This document shows, piece after piece, positions 19,701 to 29,600 of a DNA stretch of 64,000 nt; positions within the stretch are counted from its first letter, which is position 1; the number at the start of each line of letters is the position of its first letter. Made by a program: the position numbers and the translations under genes. This stretch comes from an uncultured Flavobacteriales bacterium (lineage in GTDB: Bacteria; Bacteroidota; Bacteroidia; Flavobacteriales_D; Crocinitomicaceae): contig CBINGV010000001.1 of the NCBI GenBank assembly GCA_966250255.1, positions 2,323 through 66,322 of the forward strand, given 5' to 3'. The notes under the pieces are model-generated. The model had not been told where the DNA came from. It made no database searches and worked only from the letters and a program-made list of their open reading frames with translations.

Positions 19701-20858
19701 ATGCCCATTTATCATAAATTAGGAAAAATCCCGCCGAAAAGGCACACTATTTTGGAAAAGCCTGCGGGAGGACTCTACTACGAGCAATTGTTCGGTACGG
19801 AGGGTTTCCATAGTCATTCTTCCCTGCTGTATCACGAACACCGCCCGACCCAGGTGAAGGAAATCCTGAAATCCTATTCCGTTGAGCCGAAAATTGCCAT
19901 CGACAAAAACATCAAAGCGCTTTTGCTGCAAGGCTTCCAGGTAAAACCGACGGACGATTTCCTCGACAGCCGTAAGCCGATGCTCGTGAACAGCGATTGC
20001 ACCATTGGTCTCGCTGCCCCGAAGCAATCTTTGCGCTCTTATTTCTACAAAAATGCCGATGCGGACGAATTGCTGTTTATCCACAAAGGAAAAGGAAAGC
20101 TCCGCACCTTCATGGGGAATATTCCCTTTGAATATGGCGATTACCTGGTAATTCCCCGTGGGATGATCTACCAGATCGATTTCGAAACGGAAGACAACCG
20201 CTTGTTTTACGTGGAATCTTTTGCGCCTTTCCACACGCCGAAACGCTACAAAAGCTCTTCGGGCCAGCTGCTCGAACATTCACCTTTCTGTGAACGCGAT
20301 TACAAACTGCCTTCCGAACTGGAAACGCACGACGAAAAAGGCGATTTCCTGATCAAAATCAAAAAGCAGGGCGTGATCCACGAGCTGGTTTATGCTACGC
20401 ATCCTTTTGATGTGATCGGCTGGGACGGTTACAACTTCCCGTATGGCTTCAGCATCCACAATTTTGAGCCGATTACTGGCCGGGTGCATCAACCGCCTCC
20501 CGTACACCAGACTTTTGAAACCTCGACTTTCGTGGTGTGTTCTTTTGTTCCGCGTTTATACGATTACCACCCGCTTTCTATCCCGGCGCCCTACAACCAC
20601 AGCAACGTGGACAGCGACGAAGTTTTGTACTACGTAGACGGCGATTTCATGAGCCGAAACAACATCGAGCAAGGCCACATTACCCTGCACCCGAAAGGTA
20701 TACCGCACGGACCGGCGCCCGGCGCATACGAACGCAGCATCGGTCAGAAAGAAACGCAGGAGCTTGCTGTGATGGTGGACACTTTCCGCCCGCTGATGGT
20801 AACCGAAGCGGCTATGGCCATTGATGACGGACAGTATTATAAGTCTTGGACAGAATAA
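19701..20858 (+). CDS. hmgA: Homogentisate 1,2-dioxygenase
   Basis: 385 aa with cupin-type HgmA blocks (MPIYHKLGKIPPKRHT, HPKGIPHGP). Confidence 0.92.
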   Translation: MPIYHKLGKIPPKRHTILEKPAGGLYYEQLFGTEGFHSHSSLLYHEHRPTQVKEILKSYSVEPKIAIDKNIKALLLQGFQVKPTDDFLDSRKPMLVNSDCTIGLAAPKQSLRSYFYKNADADELLFIHKGKGKLRTFMGNIPFEYGDYLVIPRGMIYQIDFETEDNRLFYVESFAPFHTPKRYKSSSGQLLEHSPFCERDYKLPSELETHDEKGDFLIKIKKQGVIHELVYATHPFDVIGWDGYNFPYGFSIHNFEPITGRVHQPPPVHQTFETSTFVVCSFVPRLYDYHPLSIPAPYNHSNVDSDEVLYYVDGDFMSRNNIEQGHITLHPKGIPHGPAPGAYERSIGQKETQELAVMVDTFRPLMVTEAAMAIDDGQYYKSWTE

Positions 20859-20947
20859 TATGCAAATCCTTTAATATGCTAATGTGCTAATTGGTCTTTT
20901 TCCTATCTATTGGCACATTACCGCATTAACAAATTAACACATTAAAC

Positions 20948-22105
20948 ATGAAAGAAATAAAAAATGTAGAATACGGTTTGGAAAAAATCTTCGAAGGGGC
21001 GCAGGATTTTTTACCGCTTTTAGGGACCGATTATGTAGAATTTTATGTGGGAAATGCCAAGCAGGCTGCCCATTTTTACAAAACCGCTTTTGGCTTCCAG
21101 TCGCATGCTTATGCCGGCCTGGAAACAGGTATGAAAGACCGGGCTTCCTATGTGTTGAAGCAGGATAAAATCCGTTTGGTACTGACGACGGCGCTCAATA
21201 GCCAGTCGCCGGTTGGAGAACACGTAAAGAAACATGGCGACGGGGTAAAAATCATTGCCCTTTGGGTGGATGACGCCCGCAAATCCTGGGAAGAAACCAC
21301 CAAGCGCGGAGCAAAATCCTTTATGGAGCCGACGGTTGAAAGCGATGAACACGGAGAAGTTGTGCGTGCGGGGATTTTTACCTACGGCGAAACAGTACAC
21401 ATGTTCGTGGAACGCAAAAACTACAAAGGCGCTTTCCTGCCGGGCTACCAGGAATGGAAAAGCGATTACAACCCGGCCCCAACCGGTCTCAAATTCATCG
21501 ACCACATGGTGGGGAACGTGGGCTGGGGCGAAATGAACACCTGGGTAAAATGGTACGAAGACGTGATGGGCTTTGTGAACTTCCTTTCGTTCGATGACAA
21601 GCAGATTACCACCGAATATTCGGCCCTGATGTCCAAAGTGATGTCGAATGGAAACGGCCGCATCAAATTCCCGATCAACGAGCCGGCCGAAGGCAAAAAA
21701 CGTTCCCAGATCGAAGAATACATCGATTTCTATGAAAGCCCGGGTGTACAACACATTGCCGTAGCAACTGATGATATTATCAAAACGGTGGCAGATATGC
21801 GCGCACGCGGGATCGAGTTCCTGAGCACACCGCCGCAAGCGTATTACGACGCCATTCCGGAGCGCTTGAAAGATCACATGTCCAAATTCAAGGAAGACAT
21901 CAATGAGCTCCAGAAACTGGGCATCATGATCGATGCTGACGACGAAGGTTACCTGCTGCAGATTTTTACCAAGCCGGTGGAAGACCGCCCGACCTTATTT
22001 TTTGAGATCATCCAGCGTATGGGAGCCCGCGGCTTCGGTGCAGGAAACTTCAAAGCCTTGTTTGAAAGCATCGAGCGCGAGCAGGAAAAACGCGGAACGC
22101 TTTAG
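20948..22105 (+). CDS. hppD: 4-hydroxyphenylpyruvate dioxygenase
   Basis: 385 aa with VOC-fold HPPD blocks (GVQHIAVATDDI, FFEIIQRMGARGFGAGNFKALFESIE). Confidence 0.95.
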   Translation: MKEIKNVEYGLEKIFEGAQDFLPLLGTDYVEFYVGNAKQAAHFYKTAFGFQSHAYAGLETGMKDRASYVLKQDKIRLVLTTALNSQSPVGEHVKKHGDGVKIIALWVDDARKSWEETTKRGAKSFMEPTVESDEHGEVVRAGIFTYGETVHMFVERKNYKGAFLPGYQEWKSDYNPAPTGLKFIDHMVGNVGWGEMNTWVKWYEDVMGFVNFLSFDDKQITTEYSALMSKVMSNGNGRIKFPINEPAEGKKRSQIEEYIDFYESPGVQHIAVATDDIIKTVADMRARGIEFLSTPPQAYYDAIPERLKDHMSKFKEDINELQKLGIMIDADDEGYLLQIFTKPVEDRPTLFFEIIQRMGARGFGAGNFKALFESIEREQEKRGTL

Positions 22106-22211
22106 GGAACGCAAAGGTCGCGAAGTGTACTGATTTTAACCACATAGGGCCTACGCTAAAGCTTCAGCGTAAGCATTAGGACACATAAGACCACATAGTC
22201 TTTTTAATATT

Positions 22212-22243
22212 AAAAAACCCGGAGTTGATGCTCCGGGTTTTTT
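22212..22243. terminator. Bidirectional terminator hairpin AAAAAACCCGGAG-TTGATG-CTCCGGGTTTTTT
   Basis: Perfect 7-bp GC-rich stem extended by A/T runs, between convergent hppD and glmS. The same hairpin core recurs at 29367-29396. Confidence 0.8.
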
Positions 22244-22303
22244 ATTTATATGTCTTGTAAAACTTTCTTTGCGTTCTCCGCGTTAAACTTTGTCAGCTTT
22301 GCG

Positions 22304-24148
22304 TTACTCTACTGTTACGGATTTCGCGAGGTTCCGCGGCTGATCCACGTTACAACCGCGCATCACAGCAATGTGGTACGAGATCAACTGTAATGGATCT
22401 GTCGCCAGTAAAGGAACGAGATTTTCATCCGTATCCGGGATTTCGATCACATGATCGGCCAGGCCTTTCACTTGTTCGTCGCCTTCGGTTACAATCGCGA
22501 TGATTTTCCCTTTGCGGGCTTTCACTTCCTGGATATTGGAAACGACTTTTTCGTAAGAATTTCCTTTGGTTGCGATCACGAAAACCGGCATTTCCTCGTC
22601 GATCAGGGCAATCGGGCCGTGTTTCATTTCGGCAGCCGGGTAACCTTCCGCGTGGATGTAGGAAATTTCTTTCAGTTTCAGGGCGCCTTCGAGGGCAACC
22701 GGGAAGGAGCTTCCGCGACCGAGGTAAAGCGCATTCTGGCTGGCCTGGTATACTTCGGAAATCTCACGGATTTTATCGTCGCTTTCGAGGATTTTTTTCA
22801 CTTTTTCCGGGATCGCTTCCAGTTCGGAAATAATCGTGTGGAAACGGGATTCATTGATGGTCCCTTTGCGATGAGCGAGTTTGAGCGCCATCAGCGTCAG
22901 GATGGTCACCTGGGCGGTAAAGGCTTTCGTAGAGGCCACCCCGATTTCCGGTCCGGCGTGGGTGTAGGACCCGGCGTCGGTAATGCGGGAAATGGAAGAA
23001 CCAACTACGTTACAGATCCCGAGAATCGTTGCTCCTTTATGCTTTGCCAGTTCAAGGGCAGCTAAGGTATCGGCAGTTTCACCGGATTGAGAAACGGCAA
23101 TCACGACATCATTTTCGTTGATGATCGGGTTGCGGTAACGGAATTCGCTGGCGTATTCCACCTCCACGTTGATGCGTGCGAGGTCTTCGATCAGGTATTC
23201 GCCCACCTGGCAGGCATGCCAGGATGTACCGCATGCCACCATGATGATGCGGTTGGCGTTGATCAGCTTTTGTTCGTAATCCTTGATTCCGCCGAGGGAA
23301 ACCCAGCCTTCTTCGGCATTGAGGCGTCCGCGGAAACAATCGTGGATGGAACGCGGCTGCTCGTAGATTTCTTTCAGCATAAAATGCTCGAAACCACCTT
23401 TTTCGAGAGCTTCGAGGTGCAATTCCAATTCCTGGATATACGGTGTTTTCTCCTGGTTGGAGAGGTGAACGATTTTCAGTCCTTCGTTGAGGTCGGCCAC
23501 AGCGATTTCTTCGTCGTTGAGGTAAACCACCTGTTTGGTGTATTCCACGATCGGTGTGGCATCGGAAGCCAGGAAAAACTCATTGTCGTTGCCGATTCCA
23601 ACAACCAGCGGGCTACTTTTACGGGCAGCGACCAATTGGGTAGGATTGTCCTGGGACAAAACAACGATCGCGTAAGCCCCGGTTACTTCGTTGAGCGCCA
23701 AACGCACGGCTTCAGCCAGTGAAATCTGCTCATTTTTGAGGATATCATCGATCAGGTGGACCAATACTTCGGTATCGGTTTCGCTGACAAATTTATAGCC
23801 ACGGGTTATCAATTCTTTTTTGAGAACGTCGTAATTTTCAATAATCCCGTTGTGGATCAGGGCCAGTTTCCCGTCATTGCTGTAATGCGGATGGGAGTTG
23901 ATGTCGTTCGGTAAACCGTGGGTTGCCCAACGGGTGTGGCCGATTCCGACATGCCCGTTTGTATCTTTACCGTCGGCAAATTCCTCCAGGTTGGATACCT
24001 TGCCCTGTTTTTTATAGATGTTGATTTTATTGTTGTTCAGTAAGGCAATCCCCGCACTGTCGTAACCCCTGTACTCCAATCGCTTCAATCCTTTCACAAT
24101 GACAGGATAAGCTTGTTTTTTACCAATGTAAGCTACAATTCCGCACAT
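22304..24148 (-). CDS. glmS: Glutamine--fructose-6-phosphate aminotransferase
   Basis: 614 aa with an MCGIVAYIG N-terminal nucleophile, two SIS domains and a C-terminal KSVTVE. Confidence 0.97.
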   Translation of the reverse strand: MCGIVAYIGKKQAYPVIVKGLKRLEYRGYDSAGIALLNNNKINIYKKQGKVSNLEEFADGKDTNGHVGIGHTRWATHGLPNDINSHPHYSNDGKLALIHNGIIENYDVLKKELITRGYKFVSETDTEVLVHLIDDILKNEQISLAEAVRLALNEVTGAYAIVVLSQDNPTQLVAARKSSPLVVGIGNDNEFFLASDATPIVEYTKQVVYLNDEEIAVADLNEGLKIVHLSNQEKTPYIQELELHLEALEKGGFEHFMLKEIYEQPRSIHDCFRGRLNAEEGWVSLGGIKDYEQKLINANRIIMVACGTSWHACQVGEYLIEDLARINVEVEYASEFRYRNPIINENDVVIAVSQSGETADTLAALELAKHKGATILGICNVVGSSISRITDAGSYTHAGPEIGVASTKAFTAQVTILTLMALKLAHRKGTINESRFHTIISELEAIPEKVKKILESDDKIREISEVYQASQNALYLGRGSSFPVALEGALKLKEISYIHAEGYPAAEMKHGPIALIDEEMPVFVIATKGNSYEKVVSNIQEVKARKGKIIAIVTEGDEQVKGLADHVIEIPDTDENLVPLLATDPLQLISYHIAVMRGCNVDQPRNLAKSVTVE

Positions 24149-24158
24149 AGTTTAAATT

Positions 24159-25445
24159 TTAATAGGTTGTATAAATGATCTTTAATTTTGGTTGTTTCTT
24201 GTTGGAAGTGCTTGTCCCGTTAAAGACAATGCGTTCGCCCGAAGTCAGCATCCGGGTCGGGCTGAGGTAAACCCCCATGTTTTCAATTTCACCCTTGACA
24301 ATGCGCTGAACGTATTCGCGCACGTCGATCTCATAACTTTTGGAGAAAGAGCTGAATTCGCCGATCTGGTTCAGGCTGTACAGGTTCTGATCCGAGGAGC
24401 TGATCCGTGTGGCCGCGCTGATGTTTACGCTCGGGAAAAAAGGATCATAGCTGTATGCGGCAACCGGCAGTTCGAGTCGCGCATATTGAATGACGGCATT
24501 TTTCGGGATTTTATCAATGGTGGTAAACTTTACATACGCCCGGGTTTTGTTGGCTTGGGCAAAAAACTGGTTTTGCCCGAAAGCCGGGTTGTCAATGACG
24601 TTTTGTACCGCAGGTGAATTGTTGATCGTAATGTGGTTGAAGTTCGCACATTCATCATTGATCAGGAAATCAAAGCTTTTTTTCTGGCCGTTCTGTGTGT
24701 AATAGATCGTCAGTTTGGAAAGCGGATCGTAGAGGTTGAAATATAAAACGGCGCCTTTTCCGGCAGCTTGCGCCCCGTTTGCCACTTTGATGTTCAGGCC
24801 TTTAAAATAAGCCTGGAAGTTTTCATTGCTGGTGAAGGTCGAAGGATTATTAACCCGCTCGTTGATGAGCTCTTTGGCAAAATTCGTGTCGAGGTGTAGG
24901 CGCAGCTGGCTTTCCACTTCTTTTCCGTCGATAATCGTCGGGGTTTCCGGGTCCGGAACCAACACATTTTTATTGGTTTGAATCAGGTTTTCGCTATCAA
25001 CTGTTTTGGTTTGGAAGGAATAATAAGTCGAGTCGATGTGGATATCCTCCGTCATGCGGTGTACTTCGAAAGTCTGCGCATCCAGGCTTCCGTAGGAACC
25101 GAGGTATTCTATTCCAAGCACAAAAGAATCAAGCTTGATGGCGGAAATATCGCCAAAATCCGGGCTCACCGCCGAAAGCTGCAGCTGGGTGAAAATTTCG
25201 GATTCGAATTTGCCGCTTACCGGATCGTTGTACGAACCGAGCAAAGCAGCGGAAAGGTTGCTCGAAACCAGGGAATCTTCTACGTAACTGTAGGTTTCCA
25301 GGCTGAATGTATCAATAGCTTCCGAATCCAGGTATGCATTGGAATCGAGCCCGTCTTTGCCCAATTCCATATTCTCCTTTTTACAGGAAAAAACAGCAAG
25401 GGAAAAGATGATGATAAGCGTCGGAAAATAAAGGAGCCTCAACAA
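24159..25445 (-). CDS. DUF4270-like lipoprotein
   Basis: 428 aa with lipobox FSC. Its position between a glycogen-synthase-like gene and glmS is the usual Bacteroidota DUF4270 context. The family call is by context and size only. Confidence 0.7.
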   Translation of the reverse strand: MLRLLYFPTLIIIFSLAVFSCKKENMELGKDGLDSNAYLDSEAIDTFSLETYSYVEDSLVSSNLSAALLGSYNDPVSGKFESEIFTQLQLSAVSPDFGDISAIKLDSFVLGIEYLGSYGSLDAQTFEVHRMTEDIHIDSTYYSFQTKTVDSENLIQTNKNVLVPDPETPTIIDGKEVESQLRLHLDTNFAKELINERVNNPSTFTSNENFQAYFKGLNIKVANGAQAAGKGAVLYFNLYDPLSKLTIYYTQNGQKKSFDFLINDECANFNHITINNSPAVQNVIDNPAFGQNQFFAQANKTRAYVKFTTIDKIPKNAVIQYARLELPVAAYSYDPFFPSVNISAATRISSSDQNLYSLNQIGEFSSFSKSYEIDVREYVQRIVKGEIENMGVYLSPTRMLTSGERIVFNGTSTSNKKQPKLKIIYTTY

Positions 25446-25465
25446 ATAACAGGGGATTAAAACAA

Positions 25466-26287
25466 TTAAACTAAAACTTCTTCCTCAATTACTTTGTCAA
25501 AAAAGTCGGACATCACTTTGGTTTGGTGCTCTTCAGCCACGTAATCCTGTCTGAGACAAGCGGCGCTGTCAAAAATCTCGCGGATAGCCGGGTTCAGCAT
25601 TTCGCTGCCAATGGCCACACCGTCAGAGTATTTGACAACGGTTTTCATGACATTCAGGTAAGACGAATCCGTCAGTTCTGTTTGTACTTTTTTATCAAAG
25701 CCCTCAAATTTAAGTTTTTCGTGAAAACGGCTGTCCCAATTATTGTTAATTTCCTCGTCGTAGAGGCTAACTACCACGCGGGAATCGGAGAAATGCGGGT
25801 CTTTGTGATAAATTTTCTTAATATAAAGCGGCATGAGGGAAGCCATCCAGCCGTGGCAGTGGATTACGTCCGGTTTCCAGCCGAGTTTTTTAACGGTTTC
25901 GAGTACCCCGCGGCAAAAGAACATGGAACGCTCGTCATTGTCCGGGTAGTAGTTGTCATTTTCATCCATGAGGGTGTTTTTACGGTCGTAAAACTCCTCG
26001 TTATCAATAAAATAAACCTGTAAACGGGCAGAAGGAATGGAAGCTACCTTGATCAGCAGCGGGTGGTCCTTGTCATCGATGATGATGTTCATGCCCGAAA
26101 GGCGGATTACTTCGTGCAATTGGTGCCTGCGTTCATTGATGCAGCCGAACTTCGGGGTGAAGACCCGGATGTCTTTTCCAGCTTCCTGGATGCTTTGCGG
26201 TAAACGTCGTGTTAGGTTGGCAATATCGGATTTTTGTACAAAAGGGGCGATTTCCTGAGAAACGAAAAGAATCTTTTTCTTATCCAT
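25466..26287 (-). CDS. Glycogen/starch synthase-like protein, GT5 N-terminal domain only
   Basis: Start chosen at MDKKKILFVSQEIAPFVQKSDIANLTRRLP (KILFVS.E..P motif of Glyco_transf_5). It is about 273 aa, roughly half the length of GlgA. Confidence 0.8.
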   Translation of the reverse strand: MDKKKILFVSQEIAPFVQKSDIANLTRRLPQSIQEAGKDIRVFTPKFGCINERRHQLHEVIRLSGMNIIIDDKDHPLLIKVASIPSARLQVYFIDNEEFYDRKNTLMDENDNYYPDNDERSMFFCRGVLETVKKLGWKPDVIHCHGWMASLMPLYIKKIYHKDPHFSDSRVVVSLYDEEINNNWDSRFHEKLKFEGFDKKVQTELTDSSYLNVMKTVVKYSDGVAIGSEMLNPAIREIFDSAACLRQDYVAEEHQTKVMSDFFDKVIEEEVLV

Positions 26288-26317
26288 AGAAGTTCTTAGA
26301 TTGCGAGTAATAAAGCA

Positions 26318-26325
26318 CAAAATTA
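26318..26325 (-). promoter_or_regulatory. -7 box TAATTTTG (minus strand) for the glgA-like/DUF4270/glmS unit
   Basis: Plus-strand CAAAATTA, 30 nt upstream of the ATG at 26287. Confidence 0.45.
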
Positions 26326-26357
26326 AAAAAAAATTACGGGATTTCCAAAAAAGAATT

Positions 26358-26365
26358 TAGATTTG
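26358..26365 (+). promoter_or_regulatory. -7 box TAGATTTG for panC
   Basis: TAnnTTTG match 43 nt upstream of the panC TTG start. Confidence 0.4.
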
Positions 26366-26408
26366 TCCCCTTTCTTCACAATAACATAACACGTACCAGC
26401 CTTTCGTT

Positions 26409-27257
26409 TTGAAAATATTTAGCAAAATCATTGACTTACAAGCCTTTGTTGCGCAACAGAAAGCGGAAGGCAAGACCCTTGGCTTTGTGCCTACGATGGG
26501 TGCGCTACACGAGGGACATCTCTCGCTGATCCGGCGCTCTGTCTCGGAATGCGGGCTGACGGTGGTGAGTATTTTCGTCAACCCGACGCAGTTTAATAAC
26601 CCGGCCGATTTTGAGAAATACCCGATCCGCACGGAAGAGGACAAAAAGCTGCTCGAAGGCTCAGGCTGCGACGTACTTTTTTTGCCGGACAGGGCAGAAG
26701 TTTATCCCCCGGGCTACGAAAGCCCGAAAATGGACATCGGCGCCCTGGGTGAAATCATGGAAGGAAAATTCCGACCGGGACATTTTGAAGGGGTCATCGA
26801 GGTGGTTTACAGGCTTTTCGATATTGTAAAACCCGATAAAGCGTATTTTGGGTTGAAGGACTTCCAGCAGGTGGCTGTGATCCGGAAAATGACCGATCAT
26901 TTTCAGCTCCCGGTGGAAATCGTTCCCTGCACCACGGTGCGTGAGCAGGACGGATTGGCCCTCAGCAGCCGCAACCTCCGGCTTACACCGGGGCAGCGCT
27001 TTGAAGCCCTGTTCATTTACCAGAGCCTGATCCTGGCCCAAAACCTGGCGGTCAAATTCCCCCCGGCGGAAGTAAAAAAACTGCTTGAACAGCTTTATGG
27101 CGAATCAAGCCTGCGCCTGGAATATATTGAGATCATCGACCCGCAAAGCTTTGATCCGTTGAGCGATCACTGGACAGAAGGCGCCGTGGCCTGTGTGGTG
27201 GCTTACGTCGGCGAAATCCGCTTGATCGACAATATGTGCGTATACTCCTGTAATTGA
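26409..27257 (+). CDS. panC: Pantoate--beta-alanine ligase
   Basis: 282 aa with the GFVPTMGALHEGHLSLI HIGH-type motif. TTG start as in the track. Confidence 0.95.
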   Translation: MKIFSKIIDLQAFVAQQKAEGKTLGFVPTMGALHEGHLSLIRRSVSECGLTVVSIFVNPTQFNNPADFEKYPIRTEEDKKLLEGSGCDVLFLPDRAEVYPPGYESPKMDIGALGEIMEGKFRPGHFEGVIEVVYRLFDIVKPDKAYFGLKDFQQVAVIRKMTDHFQLPVEIVPCTTVREQDGLALSSRNLRLTPGQRFEALFIYQSLILAQNLAVKFPPAEVKKLLEQLYGESSLRLEYIEIIDPQSFDPLSDHWTEGAVACVVAYVGEIRLIDNMCVYSCN

Positions 27258-27310
27258 GCTATATTCATAGAAAAAGCCCGGAAAATTTCATGCCATACGT
27301 AAATTTTAAC

Positions 27311-27318
27311 TAACTTTG
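27311..27318 (+). promoter_or_regulatory. -7 box TAACTTTG upstream of panD
   Basis: TAnnTTTG match 17 nt upstream of the ATG at 27336. Confidence 0.45.
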
Positions 27319-27335
27319 CGCGCAATTTTTTCAAC

Positions 27336-27686
27336 ATGTTAATTCAAGTAGTAAAGTCCAAAATTCATCGTGTTAAGGTCACACAAGCAGATTTGAATTA
27401 CATTGGCAGCATTACCATTGACGAAGAGCTGATGAACGAGGCCAACCTCCTGGAAGGCGAGCGGGTTCAGATCGTGAACATCAACAATGGCGAACGCTTC
27501 GAAACATACGTCATCAAAGGAGAAAAAAAATCCGGGATGATTTGCCTCAACGGACCGGCAGCCCGCCGCGTGGCCGTGGGCGACATCATCATTGTGATCG
27601 GTTACGGCTTCCTCGATTTTGAAGAGGCGAAAACCTTCAAGCCGGCGCTGGTTTTCCCGAATGAAGAAACCAATTTAATCGATTGA
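27336..27686 (+). CDS. panD: Aspartate 1-decarboxylase
   Basis: 116 aa. [33 protein letters not shown] includes the G-S self-processing site. Confidence 0.96.
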   Translation: MLIQVVKSKIHRVKVTQADLNYIGSITIDEELMNEANLLEGERVQIVNINNGERFETYVIKGEKKSGMICLNGPAARRVAVGDIIIVIGYGFLDFEEAKTFKPALVFPNEETNLID

Positions 27687-28717
27687 TTTTGAAAGGGAAC
27701 ATTTTCAAAATACTGAAAATCACCCTTCCCCTGGCCCTGGGATGTTTCCTGATCTGGTACTTTTTCACGTCCATGTCGGATGAAGCCCTGGCTTACTTTT
27801 ACAAAGCGATCGGCCGCGCCAATTACCTCTGGATTATCGGGGCGCTTTTATTGAGTACGATTGCTTACTTTTTGCGTGCCTGGCGTTGGAAATATACGCT
27901 GGAACCGCTTGGATATAAACCTTCGTTTAAAAACCGCTACCACGCGATGATGATCGGTTACCTCGTGAACATGACCATCCCGCGTGCCGGAGAGGCTTCC
28001 CGGGCAGCCATGCTGTATCGCTCAGACAAAATTCCCTTTGCCCCGGCTTTCGGGACGATCATCGCCGAGCGGGCCATCGACCTCATTATGCTGGCGCTGG
28101 TTTCGCTGCTGACAATGTTCCTGGCTTACGATGATTTTTTCGAGATCTTCCGGCAGATCAATGCCCAATTTTCGGACGTGAAAAACCCTTCGGCGATCAA
28201 CCTGAAATTCTGGCTTTACACGATCGTAATGCTGGGCTTTGGCATCGGGATGTTCCTGCTGATCGTTTACCCGAAACTTCGGACTAAAATTGTAAATTTT
28301 GTGCGCCAGGTATTTGCTGGGATCTTTTCGATTTTCCGCTGTAAAAATCCCTTTTTCTTTTTCTTCCATACGCTGCTGATCTGGGTGTTATACGTGGTTT
28401 ACTTCGGGATTGCTTTTTACAGCATGGAAGAAACCTCCGATTTTCCGCTGGAAGGCATCCTGATGGGCTTTATTGCCGGAGCGCTTGGTATTTCCTTTAC
28501 AAACGGTGGCATCGGCACCTTCCCTTTCCTGGTGGGACTGGTAATTGTGTTCTACCTGAAGGATTCGGACCCCAATGCCCAGGCGGTCGGCAATGCGTTG
28601 GGCATGCTGATCTGGGTTTCACAAACCTTATTATTGATCTTCCTCGGTCTGATTTCGCTGATTTCCCTGCCGAAAAACCACGCCAAAGAGGAAAAAAATA
28701 CAAGCGCCGATGTCTAG
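27683..28717 (+). CDS. Lysylphosphatidylglycerol synthase TM-region-like (UPF0104) membrane protein
   Basis: 344 aa with about 8 hydrophobic segments and a [22 protein letters not shown] block typical of UPF0104. The TTG start overlaps the panD stop. Confidence 0.75.
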   Translation: MILKGNIFKILKITLPLALGCFLIWYFFTSMSDEALAYFYKAIGRANYLWIIGALLLSTIAYFLRAWRWKYTLEPLGYKPSFKNRYHAMMIGYLVNMTIPRAGEASRAAMLYRSDKIPFAPAFGTIIAERAIDLIMLALVSLLTMFLAYDDFFEIFRQINAQFSDVKNPSAINLKFWLYTIVMLGFGIGMFLLIVYPKLRTKIVNFVRQVFAGIFSIFRCKNPFFFFFHTLLIWVLYVVYFGIAFYSMEETSDFPLEGILMGFIAGALGISFTNGGIGTFPFLVGLVIVFYLKDSDPNAQAVGNALGMLIWVSQTLLLIFLGLISLISLPKNHAKEEKNTSADV

Positions 28718-29225
28718 GTTAAACTATCTCGAACAAAAAATATCCAGCCCCGAAACGGCAAAAATGCGCGTGGGTTCGTGGAAAATGAAAAATGACAAAA
28801 TTGTCTTTACAAACGGTTGTTTTGACATCCTGCACAAAGGGCACGTGACTTACCTCGCAAAGGCTGCTGAGCTGGGGAACAAGCTGGTAGTAGCACTTAA
28901 CACCGACGCCTCGGTAAAACGCCAGGGAAAAGGGGAGAACCGCCCGATCAACGATGAGCAGGCGCGCCTGACAGTACTCGCAGCGCTGGCCTTTGTGGAC
29001 CTGGTAATTTTGTTTGATGAAGATACGCCTTACGAACTGATCAGGGAGCTGGAACCGGATGTTTTGGTGAAAGGTGCTGATTACGATCCGGAGGTGAGCG
29101 ATCCTTCGGATAAAAAATACATTGTAGGCTCGGACCTGGTGAAACAACTTGGCGGCAGCGTGCAGGTGATCGATTTGGAAGCCGGGTTCTCTACAACGGC
29201 CATTATCAATAAAGCGAAGCATTAA
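28710..29225 (+). CDS. D-glycero-beta-D-manno-heptose 1-phosphate adenylyltransferase-like cytidylyltransferase (RfaE domain II)
   Basis: 171 aa with [17 protein letters not shown] (nucleotidyltransferase HxGH) and VKGADY motifs. Confidence 0.88.
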   Translation: MSRLNYLEQKISSPETAKMRVGSWKMKNDKIVFTNGCFDILHKGHVTYLAKAAELGNKLVVALNTDASVKRQGKGENRPINDEQARLTVLAALAFVDLVILFDEDTPYELIRELEPDVLVKGADYDPEVSDPSDKKYIVGSDLVKQLGGSVQVIDLEAGFSTTAIINKAKH

Positions 29226-29302
29226 TTTTTTGGACGCAAAGTAGGCAAAAGTTCAAGCGAAGGGCGCAAAGTAAGTTGTCCGGCTAATTGCACAGGTTTT
29301 TG

Positions 29303-29453
29303 GAACCACATAAGGCACATAAGCTTTTTGCTGATTTAACGGCATTTAATTAAGTTTAAATAAAAGAAAAACCCGGAGTTGATGCTCCGGGTTTTTCTTT
29401 TATGATCTTTGTAAGTCATGCAACTTAAATATCTTATATGCCTTATATGGTTC
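29303..29453. repeat. Imperfect palindromic element with 21-nt inverted arms around a terminator hairpin
   Basis: GAACCACATAAGGCACATAAG (29303-29323) versus the reverse complement of CTTATATGCCTTATATGGTTC (29433-29453): 19/21 match. The hairpin lies at the centre. Confidence 0.75.
29367..29396. terminator. Bidirectional terminator hairpin AAAAACCCGGAG-TTGATG-CTCCGGGTTTTT
   Basis: Identical stem-loop core to 22212-22243, between the convergent rfaE-like gene and mce. Confidence 0.8.
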
Positions 29454-29504
29454 AATAATACGCTCTTTGCACCAATTTGTCTCCCAAATATAGGCTTACC
29501 CAAT

Positions 29505-29600
29505 CCCGGCGCTGACGGTTCACTCCGTGGCTGCCTTCGGCGGTGGTCTTCAAAAGCTTCGCTTTTCCCGGCGCTGACGCTTGGTCTTCAAAAGCTTCGC
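29505..29600 (+). repeat. ~97-nt dispersed repeat, copy A (internally duplicated CCCGGCGCTGAC...GGTCTTCAAAAGCTTCGC units)
   Basis: About 91 of 97 positions match the reverse complement of 38750-38846 by eye. It overlaps the last codons and stop of mce. Confidence 0.85.
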
